Below, in pieces: positions 32,101 to 45,235 of a DNA stretch of 64,000 nt. The translations under genes and the position numbers were made by a program. Within the stretch, counting starts at the first letter, position 1, and each line of letters begins with the position of its first letter. Origin of the DNA: Macrostomum lignano (Eukaryota); NCBI GenBank assembly GCA_002269645.1, contig NIVC01001558.1, forward strand, positions 124,001 to 188,000, in the 5' to 3' direction. The notes below the pieces were generated by a model, which was given only the letters and a program-made list of their open reading frames with translations, made no database searches and was not told the origin of the DNA.

Positions 32101-35100
32101 AACGCCACAGGTGCTTGCAGGTGCGAGGATCGGCCAGCTTGAATACGAATGTGTGGTCCTGCTGGGCACCCTGGGGTCAAGGGAAAGTGCAAGCCAATGG
32201 GCTTTAATTTGTGCCTTGGGTCAGCGAGGTTAGTAGAGGTGAAAACAGGTGAGAGTGCCAGCACGTGGCCATATAAAACACTGCAACATATTTCTATATG
32301 GAGATCCACCGCTCGAAATAAGTTATCTCTAATTAAGTTTGAAATTGTGACTGAGCATTGATTTGAGCAATCTTTGACTTGCGGAGCTACTGGCTGGAGG
32401 CAATGTGAGCCGGCCATTAACTCAAATTCACTGATCTCGAACTTAAAATTGCTTAGTATAAAAAATTCCATAAAACACACGAGTCCATATAAGTGCTCCA
32501 GTTGCAGTTATGTGGGTAGCGGCTTGCATTTGCTAACAGTATTATAAGCTGCTGATTGAAACAGTCAGCCGTCTCTGCTACTCCATTCGCAATACACGCA
32601 CTTGAACAATCGTCTGCTGTTTCCTACCCCCTATAGGTCGGGGTTGTAATGAGAATTGAATTGAATAAATTTGCGATTCATTAACGCATTTTGTTTAGCA
32701 TGGTATGCCATGTATAGGAGTTAATTCTAGATTCAACTATAGCCAGGTCTGAGTCACAGCAGTAAAAAAAAATCGCCTTTCTCACGTTGCAACATATTGT
32801 AGCATTTCTGCTCGGCAAACAGGAACGTGCACGAGTGGCCCAACCCGTAAATCAAAAGGCTGCTCTTCAAAGTTTGTGCATGTTGAATTTTCGTAGCCTC
32901 TATGTAGCTTTCGATTAGCGATTGTTGAAACATACAAGCATTTAACTCTACATACCAGAACAGTTCCTGCCAATCTATTACTAAAGGTTAAGGCTTTACT
33001 TGGTCTCTTAGCGAACTAATAATAGTTAATCAAACTTACCTTTTGCAGGTGTATATATAATTATATATGTGCCTAGTGGTATAGCAGAGCCGCAATAATG
33101 TGGCAAACCGATACTTTACTGTATATAATACGGTATTAGACAACTTTTGTACCACAGAATAGACATTCAAATTTTGATGATGATCAACTTTACAAAATTG
33201 AAATAGTAAAAATAGCTGTCGATGAACAGGGGCAGTACAGAGCATTATAAACTTTGCAGCGCCAACTATGGAAGTTTCTCCCACTTAACTGACAGGTTCC
33301 CTTCTGTCCCGGTGTGCGCACAGTGCAACTTTAACCTCCCCCCCCCCAGATGGTCTTCTTCTTTCTTCCCCGGGAATTTGCAGAGAAATAAATAGCTGCA
33401 TGGCAAATTTTCAGCTGCCGAGTTGCTGCAGCAATCCCGGGTCACGCCGCAAGCAGCCGGCCTGTCGCAGATCTCCATCCCAACCCTCTAATCTGGCAGG
33501 AGAATTGTAAACAGTGAAAATGCGACTGTAGATTAAGGCTAGTGAGGGATCAACTGCTAGCTGCCTATCTAGCCAGTTTTATTATAGGATCCAGGGCTCC
33601 AAGGATTGCCCCGTCTAACAGTCAGGGAGAAATGACTCACGTCATGAAAATTTATTCAGTGCTTGCCAAGGGCAACGCTGGACTAAAAGCATTAAACCGG
33701 TAGGTCAACAGCAGGTAAAATTAGCTGGACACAGATGGGGCGCGTCAGTTTAAGAGTTGTACATTAATTCTCCTTGACTGGCCTGGCCAGATTAGTGTAA
33801 GGTGCAGCGGTAGCGGTATTGCATTGTCCCAAGCTGTACGCTCATTATTCAACGCTTCTAATTCATTACTTAATATGGCTACTAAAAAGATATTTATGAG
33901 ACAACGATTAATTTCTTACGAGTGGTGAAGCCTAAACCTCTAAAACCGTATACACAATCTACCATTGCTGAACAACCTGCAACTTCCCCTAAAAGAAGAA
34001 AAGTCCATGGAAAACTAAGCCTATCGATACATCTAATACTCGCATAGGAAGCAAAACAAGCGACTAGAAACAGGAGCAGAAACTTCCGCCATAGTTACAG
34101 ACTACAGCATGAAAAGGCCGTGGATGACAGAGAGAAACCAAAAAAAGGAATGTGAATTCCCCGCGGTCCGGTCTTTTGAAATTCACAATAGCAATCCGGC
34201 CCGCTCCAGGTTTGCGTCTCAGCTCAGCTCTCTTCACTCAAATAATCTCCTTTCTTTTCTCTCCTCTCTCCTCTTCTCGTATCTCCTCTCTCGTATCTCC
34301 TCTCTCGTCTCTCCTCTCTCGTATCTCCTCTCTCGTATCTCCTCTCTCGTATCTCCTCTCTCGTCTCTCCTCTCTCGTCTCTCCTCTCTCGTATCTCCTC
34401 TCTCGTCTCTCCTCTCGTATCTCCTCTCTCGTCTCTCCTCTCTCGTATCTCCTCTCTCGTATCTCCTCTCTCGTATCTCCTCTCTCGTCTCTCCTCTCGT
34501 ATCTCCTCTCGTCTCTCCTCTCTCGTCTCTCCTCTCTCGTATCTCCTCTCTCGTATCTCCTCTCTCCCTTCTCTATTCCGTCTCCTCTCTCCACTCCGCT
34601 AGCCCGCAGTAATGCGCAAGATTCTCTATCTAGGTCTTGAGGTAATATTGACGCAATAAATTAGGTTGAGGTTGAGATTAAGCAGAAGCTGACTCTGTAA
34701 TTTTTAAGCGAACTTGACTAAATGACCCATCGCTGGAGGCACGTCTGACGAAATGTCGCAAAAAAGCGTGGACTGTCTTAGAAAAGTAATTTTTGATGAA
34801 CTGCATTTGCCGAAAAGACACACGGATTTGCAGCACTGCGCCACTGCACATACAGACTGCACACTCAGCAGCCAGAACTGCCTCTCATTGAATTGCCCTA
34901 ACTTTAACCGCGGCTTTGTCAATTAGTTGCTGTCAGCTGCTTAGCCAGAGCCAGGGGGTAGCTAGTAGATGGAAAGACTGAATGCAATGAGCGGGGAGGC
35001 GAGTAGACGAAGAAAAAAGTCGGATGACTCACATCGTGCTCAACCATCTCCCTTCCCTTTTTCCCTTTTCAGGGATCTCTTGACAGAGATCTACGAGAGA

Positions 35101-38100
35101 GAGAGAGAGAGGCAGACAGGGCTCTGTGACTCACTCAGGTTAAAATATGGCAATGGCAACATGAGGAGCAAAGCAATAAGCTGACTAGTCCAACTCTATG
35201 ATGAATTTCCATTTTCTCTTTGGCTTCACAAGCAGGATGAAACATAGGCACAGGCCCTGCAGCACCCTATCCGCAATCCATTATTTATAAACGTATAAAG
35301 CCACAAGCTGTGCTAATTCTTGTCAAACTCACCTGAGCATCATCTTCCGAAACGACAATCTTCAGACTGGCTCGGTTGAAAGCAATCTTCGAAATTCGCT
35401 GCCTAAAATGGCGATATAAAAATAACCATGGCAGTAAAAATTCGAATGAAATTCTCTGCAATAGAACTGCATCAAATTAATTAGTTAATTACCAATAAAA
35501 GAAGCCGATCTTTTCGTCTCCATCGTACACCAGAATGCCAGCAGGCGTGAGGCCCAGCTGGTATGTTCGATCGTCCTTGCCCTGAGAGAACAGATGAACA
35601 TTGCCAAATGTAACAGCTCACCTAGCTCGCATGCTAGCGCAGGTTAATTACTTAAGAGTTGAACAATTACCTGCACTTTGTGCATATCCACACCGTAGTT
35701 GTCCAAGTACTTCACTTTGTTCAGGTACATCTTCTCGCACAGAGACGGCGTTAAGTTGCGCTCCCTGCAGGACACGCGGATAAATTAACGTAAATTCTCC
35801 CCACTTCACCAGGTACTTTTCAAGCAATTGAAAGACAAGCAAAGATAGTTGGTATTTTGCCAGGCATCGTCACATCCAGGGAAAAATCCGCAGTGAGGAA
35901 TGCCCATTCTGCCTCTCCGGTGCTGAGAATGCGGAGCACTTCATCTGTGAGTGCCCCGCCTTTACTCGGGACAGGCTCACCTACCTCGGCCCAAACCCGG
36001 ACCTCTCCAAAGTTTTCAGGCCCGAGAATCTCTGCCAGCTCGTCCGCTACCTAAGGGCTACCGGGCGAGCAACCATCCACCTCCTGGACTCTAAAGAGAG
36101 AGGCACAACACAGGATCTCCCTGCGCAACTCCCCAGCACCAGCTGCCCATTGTCGCCAGGGATTAGCGGAATGGGCGGCGAGTCGGCGACGCCTCCCCAC
36201 TGTATCCAGATGCCCGGAACTCCCTGCAGCTGAGTCAAGTCAAGACCGTCGAGATGTTCTCGTAAATTCTCGATATTTCATGAAAATGATAATCGAATCA
36301 TTGATCGAGATTTCTACTAACTAGTAAGTATCCAGGGCCTCTCTCTGTTTGACCATTCGGATTTATCACACAGACTTCTATTCAACAAGCACTCACGCAA
36401 GCTTCTGGTATTCCTCGAACACCATGACTTCGAATTCTTCGGTTTGCTTCTCCTCTGGCAGGAAGTGGAACTGCGACACAAAGGCCAGGTTGTGCTTATT
36501 CGGATCGAAGTCGCCTTCCTCGGCTGCGATGTTATGTACGGCGTTGTATGGGGGACTTTGATTAGAATATATTAGCTTTAATAAGCTTCGGTTAGATTTT
36601 ATTAGCTTCTATTAATTTTTATTAGGTCATTTAAGCTTCCATTAGGTTCTATTCGCTTTTATTAGCTTTCATTAGTTTCTTTTAGCTTATTTTGGCTCAT
36701 ATTAGCATATAATAGCCTCTGTCAACTTAGCTTTTATTATTCTTAATCTATTAGCTTCAGAAAACATTTATTAGACTCTCTTAACTTCTACAAGCTTTTA
36801 TTTTTGGCATCAGGATCCCGTCCTAACTCTACCGGGAACCAGCGACTCTCATTTTTCATTCCTAACTCTCAAACGGCTCGAAGGCTCCTTGAGTGAGGAG
36901 ACCGACCAACCAAACAGAGCACCTTGCAAAAACACAAGCTACTTACATTGGACGACTAGGGCAGCCAGTTCAGCAGCTTTTTCCTCATCGTTCACCACCA
37001 GCTTTCCGGCCGCAATGTCCGCTTTTAATTGCTGGACGTAAAGGTAGCTAAAATGGCAGGAAATTTCGAGAGTTTTGGTTGTGCAAATAGACATGTACAG
37101 CAAAGCTATGAATGGCTGTATTTTTTTAAAAACTATCTAATGTGCTTCGGGGGTTGCAGACTAGTGGTTAGAGCATCGGACTAACGACTGAAAGGTCGGG
37201 GGTTCGATTCTCGACCTACTCGGAACAATTTGTGTCCATGAGCAAGACACTTAACTCTGCATTGCTTCAGTTCACCCAGCTGTAAAATGGGTGCCAGCAT
37301 TAGCTGGGGTAATTGAGGGTCTGTGGCGACCCTCCCCCAGTCCTTGGACTGAACAGCCGTACGCAGCCTTCTGATGCGCCGCGCAATGGCTGCGGCTGAG
37401 TTGTCGGTTGCTCATTAGGGCAGGTGCCCTGATAAAAAAACATCAACCTAGGCTTACCACGTGAGCTCCTCCTTGAGATAGGTGTCCGGCTCGCTAGAAA
37501 AGAACTTCACCACAAATCTAAAAGTGTACGGAGGACCAGCTGCGGGAGAGGCAAATGAATGGCTTGAATAGCTGCACTGTTCATAGGAATCACGGCATGA
37601 AAGTGCTATTGTATGCAATACTCACGCATTTTCTTTTTGATTTGCTTCTTCAGCGGCTTGGTCGGGTCGATCCAATAGCGCACGCTGTGAAAGTCGGTGT
37701 ACTGCAGGCCAAAGTACTCGTGCTCATATTGAAAGTCCAAGTCATTGTAGACTTGCTCATACAAATCCCTGCCAAGGACTTGCTTCTAAAATCATATTAT
37801 TCAGTGCCATAATCATTTTATTAAATATTACTGATTAGTTATTAGTCAAATAGCCTTAATATTAGCCTTATTAGCCTAATACATGTAGCTTAATTAACTA
37901 AGAGAATACTAATAAATGTGACGAATATATTGTAATGGATGTTAAAACAAAAAACACTGGCCTAATAACCTCTTATGCATATTACTTATGACTAATTTAT
38001 ATTAAGCAAAATGTGGCTACAAGCAGTGTCAAAGATATTTACTCTGGTAAGACTAGGCCTAAAGAGGTTGTAACTTACTGTCCTAAATTTTCAACTATAA

Positions 38101-39953
38101 AAATATTATTATAACCACAATAAGACAAACTAGACTAAGTTAAAGCCCAGCTAACTGATAATTTTGCTAATATTGTCATTTCAACCAGCACTTTTTGTAC
38201 TAGTACATATTGGAAAACTTTTATGAGATATCTTTATGTGATCTTTATAGAGACATCAGTGTCCACTTTATAGAGACATAAGCACATTCTGTCATGATAT
38301 AATTATTGGTATCATTGAGGGTTATTCCATGAAAAAATAGACACTTTTAAAGAAATTAAAATCTTAAAGACTATGCTAAACTAATAGAGTAATTAACAAA
38401 TCACATTTTACAAGAAATATCCTTGCATAAAAACCTATTTATGATTCTAGATTGATTTCTAATTGCCAAATAAGGATTTATAGTATTTTTGTTTAAATTT
38501 GCTAAAAATTGCTCAAAAACTACTCCAAAAATTGTTGAAACCTGGACTTACTATTAATACTCATTACTTTTAGCTTTTGCCTTGAAACTTCAACAAAATA
38601 ATAATAATCTCTTCTTTTTATTGCATTAAAGATAAAGCCAAAACTGAGTTCAATTTTTTTATTTCAATTTGTTGAACAACTGGAAGACAGATCTATTATG
38701 ACCAGGATGTTAAAACTGTAATATCATAAAGTAAAATCATAGTAGTAAAAAATTAATGCTGATCTGCCTCTCTGAACTGAAACTATTTAATTGATTGTTT
38801 GCGATAAATTGATTAGTTTTTTGCAAATATATTAAGTAAAATGAAATAAAAAATAATGTTACCTATTATTTTTTGTAGTTACAACTGAGATCATGATTAG
38901 TCAAGCTATAGTTATTTGCAAATCAACAAAACAGTTCTATATATTCTAAATAAACTTTGTATTGACAACTTTATTTTCTATATCATTTAGCAGTATGAGG
39001 AGAAATGATATCCCTTGCTAGGAATAAGCTAATTTATCTATAAGACACTATCTTAGAGTCGAAATTGGAAGTTATATTTTTCTAAGATTGCAGTTTCCAA
39101 GTATTTACCTTTTTAGGAATGCTATCTACAGGTTAGAGATAGGATAGAATCCTAATGGTACCTGATAAAAAATTGATTTCATCTATTTGGATCTAGGCAT
39201 ATTATATATTTATAAATAAATGTATAATTAAATAAAGACCTTAATCCCACTTTTATAAATTTTCATCTTGTCTAACCTTTACTAGAGTGGCTATACTAAG
39301 AACTTTCCTATAAGTATCAAAACTGCTACAAACCTAAAGGAGTTGCTAACTTGCTATATTTTTTATTACTAAATAATGAATACTATATTTTCTTGGGGAT
39401 ATCAGAAAAATGAGTCAACAAGGATATCGCAGTGCATTAAGTTTTAGAGACGTTTTAATAGTAATAATAGTAAAATTAGGACTTATAATAAAAGTTATAG
39501 CATATAGCCCTATTAGGCCTATCCATTGTTGCTTATGTGTGAAATATGACCAGGGGGTGTGCACTTTATACCTATGAGGACCACCTCAAAGACATAGATA
39601 ATGCATATTTCTTATGATAAGAAATTTAAAGGGCTGCTATAAACCCTATGTGAGTGTGGGCTAAACAAAGTATGCATGGCTTTTGTTAATTAATTTTGTT
39701 AGTTAATTAGTTAATTTGTTAGTTAATTTGTTCTAATTATTTATTTCTGTTACGTGTTAAAAAATTTTCAATAAAGAATTATTAAATGAATACAATTTAA
39801 ATACAGTGTACTCACATTAACATTAAAATTTGCCTCTGTGTTATCGAGATACTGGACGACACAATGAAGTGTGCTTTTGTCATGCACTCCATCTGAATTG
39901 TCCCGAGGAGATCTTGGCCGAAGGTGATGAAATAGCCGCCGGAAGAACTGCAT
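26139..39953 (-). CDS. yrt/EPB41L5: Yurt/EPB41L5-like FERM + FERM-adjacent protein with long Pro/Ser/Ala-rich tail
   Basis: Phase-consistent exons: 39953-39816, 37785-37626, 37539-37458, 37047-36947, 36523-36397, 35764-35671, 35581-35493, 35402-35333, 32170-31785, ~29390-29233 (acceptor uncertain), 29150-29021, 28617-27963, 26357-26139. Motifs [82 protein letters not shown]-terminus VESL (PDZ-type ligand). Confidence 0.88.
26422..26760. repeat. 45-bp minisatellite x~7.5 in the last intron of the FERM gene
   Basis: Unit AACTCCCGGTCTTGTGAATGTCAGTCAGTGTCTTTTGGCGCTGTG. Confidence 0.95.
27310..27722. repeat. 33-bp minisatellite x~12 in the last intron of the FERM gene
   Basis: Unit GAAGGACTGTGAGGGAGACAGCGGCATCTCATT. 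Confidence 0.95.
31115..31380 (+). mobile_element. Putative SINE family B copy (diverged, 3' truncated)
   Basis: GTAGCCCAGTG..GGGTTCGATTCC head; AAAGTCAGGGC and GCGTGCTCAGGGGTCA body motifs. Confidence 0.5.
31403..31689 (-). mobile_element. SINE family A copy
   Basis: Near-identical along its length to 18547-18834. Confidence 0.88.
34160..34610 (+). mobile_element. Partial copy of the same hAT MITE with regular 14-bp CT-rich array
   Basis: Shares CCCGCGGTCC..TTGAAA(T/C)TCACAATAGCAATCCGGCCCGCTC with the 61949 copy; internal CTCCTCTCTCGT(A/C)T units. Confidence 0.65.
35863..36245 (+). mobile_element. 5'-truncated non-LTR retrotransposon (LINE) 3' end, antisense in a FERM-gene intron
   Basis: A + frame not in the track reads [43 protein letters not shown] (C-terminal CCHC finger typical of LINE ORF2), stops near 36232, then AGTCA-type tail repeats. 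Confidence 0.75.
37153..37426 (+). mobile_element. SINE family A copy
   Basis: Forward orientation: TAGTGGTTAGAGC..GGTTCGATTC..CTGTAAAATGGGTGCC..GGGCAGGTG. Confidence 0.88.
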
Positions 39954-42429
39954 TTAGTATATGTTACAACAGCAGCCTCTTGAATGTTTAAACGGACGGC
40001 TCGATTCTTTATTATATTAGGCCTACTATTTACTGTGATGCAATTTTTCTGGCAATTACAGAACAGCAACTATTAACAAAATAAAATTGGATAAAAAGGC
40101 TAATACTGTCCAATTGATACGACTGATTGCTGAAAAACTACAAATATCTTTAGTAGATAAACATAAAAAGACAGCGGGAGAGCCAAAATTGGTTGTAAAA
40201 GTTGGATAGGAAATACACGACACAATCAAACAGTTTGCAAAAAGAATGATAAACGCTTGATTTAAATTGAGTTAATTATAAGAGTCATTAACTTTTTTTC
40301 AAGAGTAGTACGTTACCATTATTTTACCTTTTATTTAATTTTCTAAAGCAGCTATGTTACTTCTGAGTATTAAAATTAAGTTTTTAAAAGTAAAGTATTC
40401 TAATTTGTTAAAATAGACAACCGGTAAGGTTTTTTAATACACTTGCAAAAGCAAAAATATGATTTATGCTGAGTTTTATAAAGACAGATTAAGCGCGTCA
40501 CAGGAGCGCAACTCCGGCCAGGGCACGAACATAGGCCGCCGACAGAATCCTACGCTCGTAGTACTTCAGCCAGCAAACAGTCGACAGTCGACGATGACGA
40601 GCTACATCATGTAGTGCGAGCTCTGTCCTCACTATAGCGGGGTAGTATAATATGATGTTATTCTATCAAAAGTTGTCCACCTAAGGTGTGTGAAGCTGAA
40701 GCACAGGGTTGCGTCAACGACAAGGTGAGGGAGAAAGGTAAGGAGATCACAATAGAAAGCTACATGTAGTTGCCGCTGCAAGCGAGAACGAATGGCTGCT
40801 TCCCATATGTTGAACCACATCGTATAGCTTTCGACGATTCAGAGAAGCTGCTAGCGACTGACCCAATGTGGATGAACTGAAGAGCTTTGCTCAGAAAGCA
40901 TTGAAAGTGAGAATTAATTTGAAATCAACCATCACCAAGGTACAAATTGGAATTGATGCCGTCGGTCGTTTCGAGAAGTTTTCTAACTGCCAAATAATTT
41001 TTACATGGCTTGATCTCCACTGTGGTTGGAGTCCGATTGGATTGTTTCGCAATCTTATGAAACGGGGCAAGTGACCCAAGTTTACGTTATCAACGATTCT
41101 TCGGCGCGGAAAACCGCACTGCACCGGAAGAATTTGAAGATTCGATCCCAACTGCGACACCATGAGTCATAGAGTTTTTATTTGAGTAGCGTCTGATGCA
41201 AAGTGAAATACTACATGTATAGATATGTATATTAAGTAACGTTCACTCGTGGTTCGTACATTGTAGATGTATTTTTCAATTTCTAAAAATTCTGAAATTC
41301 TGCACACAGAATCAAATTATAAGATTGGTAGAATGGGGACGAAAATTATTCATCTTAAAATGTAAACTACTTTACCTATCGTTCGCTGTTATTGAATGAA
41401 ATTCAAAAAGTATTTTTTTTTGAGTGGAGTCTCATTCCTAATATATTAGCCAAAATTTTAGTCTATGGTCCAACTGAGCAGTATATGGCTCGGCATATGC
41501 CATTCCAATACCGCATGCAAGCCGAGCGAGTTGTTTTCGCTGAAATCCTTGTTTTAGATTTTTAAAGCTTCAGACCTTTTCCTCTAACCTGTCAAAGCAA
41601 TCCACTCTAAAGAATCACTCGTAATATTAGTTTTGTGTTGGATAGATCTGTTGTGAAGCAGTTTTATGAAATCGCGTTACCTGTTCTGTGGCCTTGTCTG
41701 CGCTTAGCCCCAATGCTTTGTTTGATTTATCTGGGAATTCAATGTGCCTATTCTAACTAGCTCTGTTCAGCAAACCAGCATTGTTCCTATGATGAGAAAG
41801 GATTTCTAAACTAGAGTGAGAGATAACAGGTCTCTGTTGAATTGACAACGAAATTAAATAAATACAATAACAAAGACTGTATTGTTAAATACTCAGATTA
41901 AATAAATAAATATATTGCTTTTAGAAAATGCCTATTCAACTGCAGCCTTGCTTTCATTCATTCAGTTTTAGCAAAAATTCGACAAAATTCCGTTGAGAGA
42001 CGAACTTAAACCGCACTGAGGCCATGGATTATGGCTTATTGGTTGGTTGAAACTGGCTGGCTGTCCATGGCCGAAATTCATTTTCCCTGAAGCTATTACA
42101 TGTGAATAGGGTTTTACCATAGACAAAAAAATTCTATGGCCCCGCCAGCTGCAATAGTCTATGGCCAAGAGACCATTGATTCAGTTCAATCCTTATTCGG
42201 TTCAAGGAGTTCTATAATTATCAATCAGGAGTGGGAACGAGTTTTACCTCATAAGGCCACGCAAATTGTAAAGATAAGGAGACAGCACTGAATGTCCATG
42301 ACTCTGTCTGACTCTGTCTATGCTAGTCTGGCCCCATAAGGTAAAACTGAAAAACTCGTTTCCACTTTAGAATGCTAATTATAGAACTCCTTGATTCGGT
42401 TGCTATGTTGCAATAAACAATCCATAATA

Positions 42430-42612
42430 AGGTCTGCTACAAGCATTTTGGCGCCGCAGTCACTCATTTTATCCCCGGAGACACTCATTTTAGCGCCAAA
42501 GTCACGCATTTTGGCGCCGCAGTCACTCATTTTAGCCCCGGAGACACTCATTTTAGCGCCGAAGTCACGCATTTTGGCGCCACAGGCACTTATTTTGGCG
42601 CTGCAGACACTC
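42430..42612. repeat. Degenerate ~21/63-bp repeat CACTCATTTT(A/G)GCGCC
   Basis: Recurrent CACTCATTTT/CACGCATTTT + GGCGCC units; probably internal to a MITE ending near 42752. Confidence 0.7.
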
Positions 42613-43289
42613 ATTTTGCTTCCTGCAGCAAAATTCTTGATTTCCATATCGGATCACAAGGAGGAGGGGGGGGGGCAAAGTATCGGCATGCCCCACAGCT
42701 TTTAGTGGGGGAGGGAGGCATGCCCCTCCTGTCCCCTCCGATGGCGACGCGCCTAGCTTCAGACTTTTTCACCAAACAGTTTCTTCAAACAATAACTAGA
42801 GATATTAGGAATTGCATTTTGACAAAACTGTGTGCACAGCAAAAACAGCAGCAGTGCAAACATGAGCTCTGTTGATCTTATGGGGTTGGTTGGTACAAAC
42901 CTATTGTTGAAACTTTGTTGCTGGGCATTTTGCGAAAGCGAATAGACAGCTTATTTTTTCAACTTGATTAAAACAAATGCAGTTTGAAATCAAACAGACG
43001 AGCATTGCTCCAGTCAGCAGGGCTGACCAGAGCGCTATGGAATCGGCAAGCAGAAAAGCGGTGCTCAAGTCAGCTGACCATCGATCCCCGAGCAAACACC
43101 GGCAGTAGCCATGAGCATCAATTTGCGCACCTGCTGGTTTCCAACAAATTCTGTTGCCAAATGTTTGAACGCCGAGTTGCCAGGTGGTCAAGCAGTCCAG
43201 GTGCATAAAAAGCACCCCTGGCCAGCGACCAGAGTCCATCAAGTCCACTCGATTTCTCACTGCCGGACATCCAGACTCTCTGACTCAAG

Positions 43290-43958
43290 ATGAAGCTGCT
43301 GCTGCTGCTCACCGCCCTGGTGGCCACCGCCCTGGCCTGCGAGAACCCGCCCAGAGAGGGAGCCATCGGAGTGGCCGGTCTCGGCTACCACAACGGCACC
43401 TACCTCAAGCTGCTGGGAGGCATCGCCGGCTCCAAGGAGAAGAAGAAGGTGGCCGCCTACTTCAAGGTGAAGTCCCAGAACTACTCCGGACACCACTACA
43501 CCATGTTCGACTTCGAGGCCGGCGTCGGCTACTACGCCTGGGGCACCAGCGCCGCCAACGCCCGGTGCGTGAAGATCCCCGTGAGCCACGCCAAGTACTT
43601 CCTCACCCTGTGCCCCAAGATGTGGCCGAACAACCGCGTGGTGGCCCGCTCCACCGTCACCAGCCGCAAGGTGCCCATCAGCGTGCACTGCGGCCGCATG
43701 ACCAAGGGCGACCTCTCCATCAAGCTGGGCGGCGTCATCGATGACCGCTGCGTGCCGATCCTCATCAAGAAGAAGTACAGGAAGAACGGCCAGTGCTCCG
43801 GCGGTATTCTCTTCTTCTTCGGCTTCCACCAGCCCAAGGACAAGTACTTCGAGCTGCCCGAGCTGTGCGCCAGCGCCAAGTTCTACAAGCCGAAGCGCGG
43901 AGAGGGCAGAAAGCCGTGCAGCGAGAAGACCAAGGGCCTGCCGACCCCCGACAGCTAA
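43290..43958 (+). CDS. EPDR: Ependymin-related secreted protein, 222 aa, single coding exon
   Basis: Signal peptide MKLLLLLTALVATALA; C-E-N-P start, RCVK, LCP, RCVPI, FELPELC match the ependymin Cys pattern; sequons NGT and NYS; very strong C/G-ending codon bias; TATA-like CATAAAAAG near 43204. Confidence 0.75.
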   Translation: MKLLLLLTALVATALACENPPREGAIGVAGLGYHNGTYLKLLGGIAGSKEKKKVAAYFKVKSQNYSGHHYTMFDFEAGVGYYAWGTSAANARCVKIPVSHAKYFLTLCPKMWPNNRVVARSTVTSRKVPISVHCGRMTKGDLSIKLGGVIDDRCVPILIKKKYRKNGQCSGGILFFFGFHQPKDKYFELPELCASAKFYKPKRGEGRKPCSEKTKGLPTPDS

Positions 43959-44337
43959 ACTGCTGGACTGACCTTGGACTGGGGATTTTCCACTGCAGCA
44001 ATGCTGAGTACCGGCGTATGGCTGGTTAACTAGCAGAAATACACGAGACCTGCTGCTGCAGCTGCGAACCGCATTTGCACCATCGTGCTGCCTGAGTTGT
44101 CTTTGCCTCATTTTGCTCAACTGAATGGCAACGTGTTGGGATGGCTTGGATTGCAATTGAAAAAAAACGGATCGATTTTCAAGTGTTTTTTTAATAATTG
44201 CCGTTTGACGACCCGTCAGTATATTATTGATCTTAGGGAGCTCATGCATGTAGGGATTATTTTGATTGTTCTTGAAAAGCAATTTGAAATGGATGATTAA
44301 AACACTTAATGAAAAATTACAAGGCTAAAAATCCATT

Positions 44338-45235
44338 TCATTTACTGATGTTACTGATTCCCCTGGCCAGAGTGATGAAGCTATGAGAGTGTCTAGGCCA
44401 ACCAGGCGGCACAGAATCTCCGAGGTGAGGGTGATGAAGGGTCCCAGAGTGACGCCGAGCGCCGTGTAGGTGGCGATCAGCATCGGGAAGCTGGTTGAGT
44501 AGTTGAGCACCAGCACCAGGACTGCGCTGAAGAACAGCGAGACATTGTTGACGAGCAGGGGTGACACCTTCGGGTTGCCGGCGGCCCATCCGACCAGAAT
44601 GCGGCTGAGGGTGTTGGCGCTGCCAAAGGCTGCATTCAGATACCTGGACTCACCGTCGGAGACTCCGGCCTCTCTGGCGAAGTCTCCGATGAAGAATAGC
44701 GGAATGTAGAACGATAGCATGGATACCAAGTTCGCTATCCAAGCTATTAGGAAGCCGGAGTCCTTTAACAGAGACAAATCGGTCATCAGGAGGAACGCAT
44801 CACGGATGGGTTTGGGCACCCAAGCCGCAGTCTCGTCCTCAGACTCTTCCCCATCAGGCATCTTTTCCGGTTTGGCGATGGTTCTCACTGAACCTTGAGT
44901 TGACATTTCGCCGGGGATTCGCCTCATTGAGATGGCCAGCTGGCTGACTTTTTCCGTATTCTGGCACTCGCCAGACTCGCCACAGAGCCGGCATAGAAGA
45001 TATCCTTGCGGTACAGAGGCCGCTTGAAGTCCTCAATGGCAGCCGTTGCTATGGGGTCGTCACACACCGCCTTGACGTCAAATTGGCGCGTCCGAGCAGC
45101 CTTGGCGACTTTGCAGCGGTTGCTGGCGGAGCCCGCAGGGATTTTCGTACGGTGGTCGACGAGCGCAGGCAGGGATTGCAGCACAGCTCCCACGCTTCCG
45201 CCCTCGGTGCTGGTGCTCATCTTCCTGACGCTCAC
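44338..45235 (-). pseudogene. SLC16: SLC16/monocarboxylate transporter C-terminal half with at least three frame breaks
   Basis: PLYRKDIFYAGS loop motif, then PEYGKSQ in a second frame, then SMRRIP and TM7-10 (TDLSLLKD..F, FYIPLFFI, SRILVGW, LTSEILCRLVGLD) in a third; FITLARGIS is again shifted. N-terminal half not seen. Confidence 0.75.

Noticed and set aside
37153-37225. tRNA-like sequences with A and B boxes
   Set aside because: They are SINE heads continuing into CORE-like bodies; no complete cloverleaf, so no tRNA gene is called.
43257-44282. 341-aa minus-strand ORF
   Set aside because: Antisense shadow of the codon-biased EPDR gene; no domain signature.
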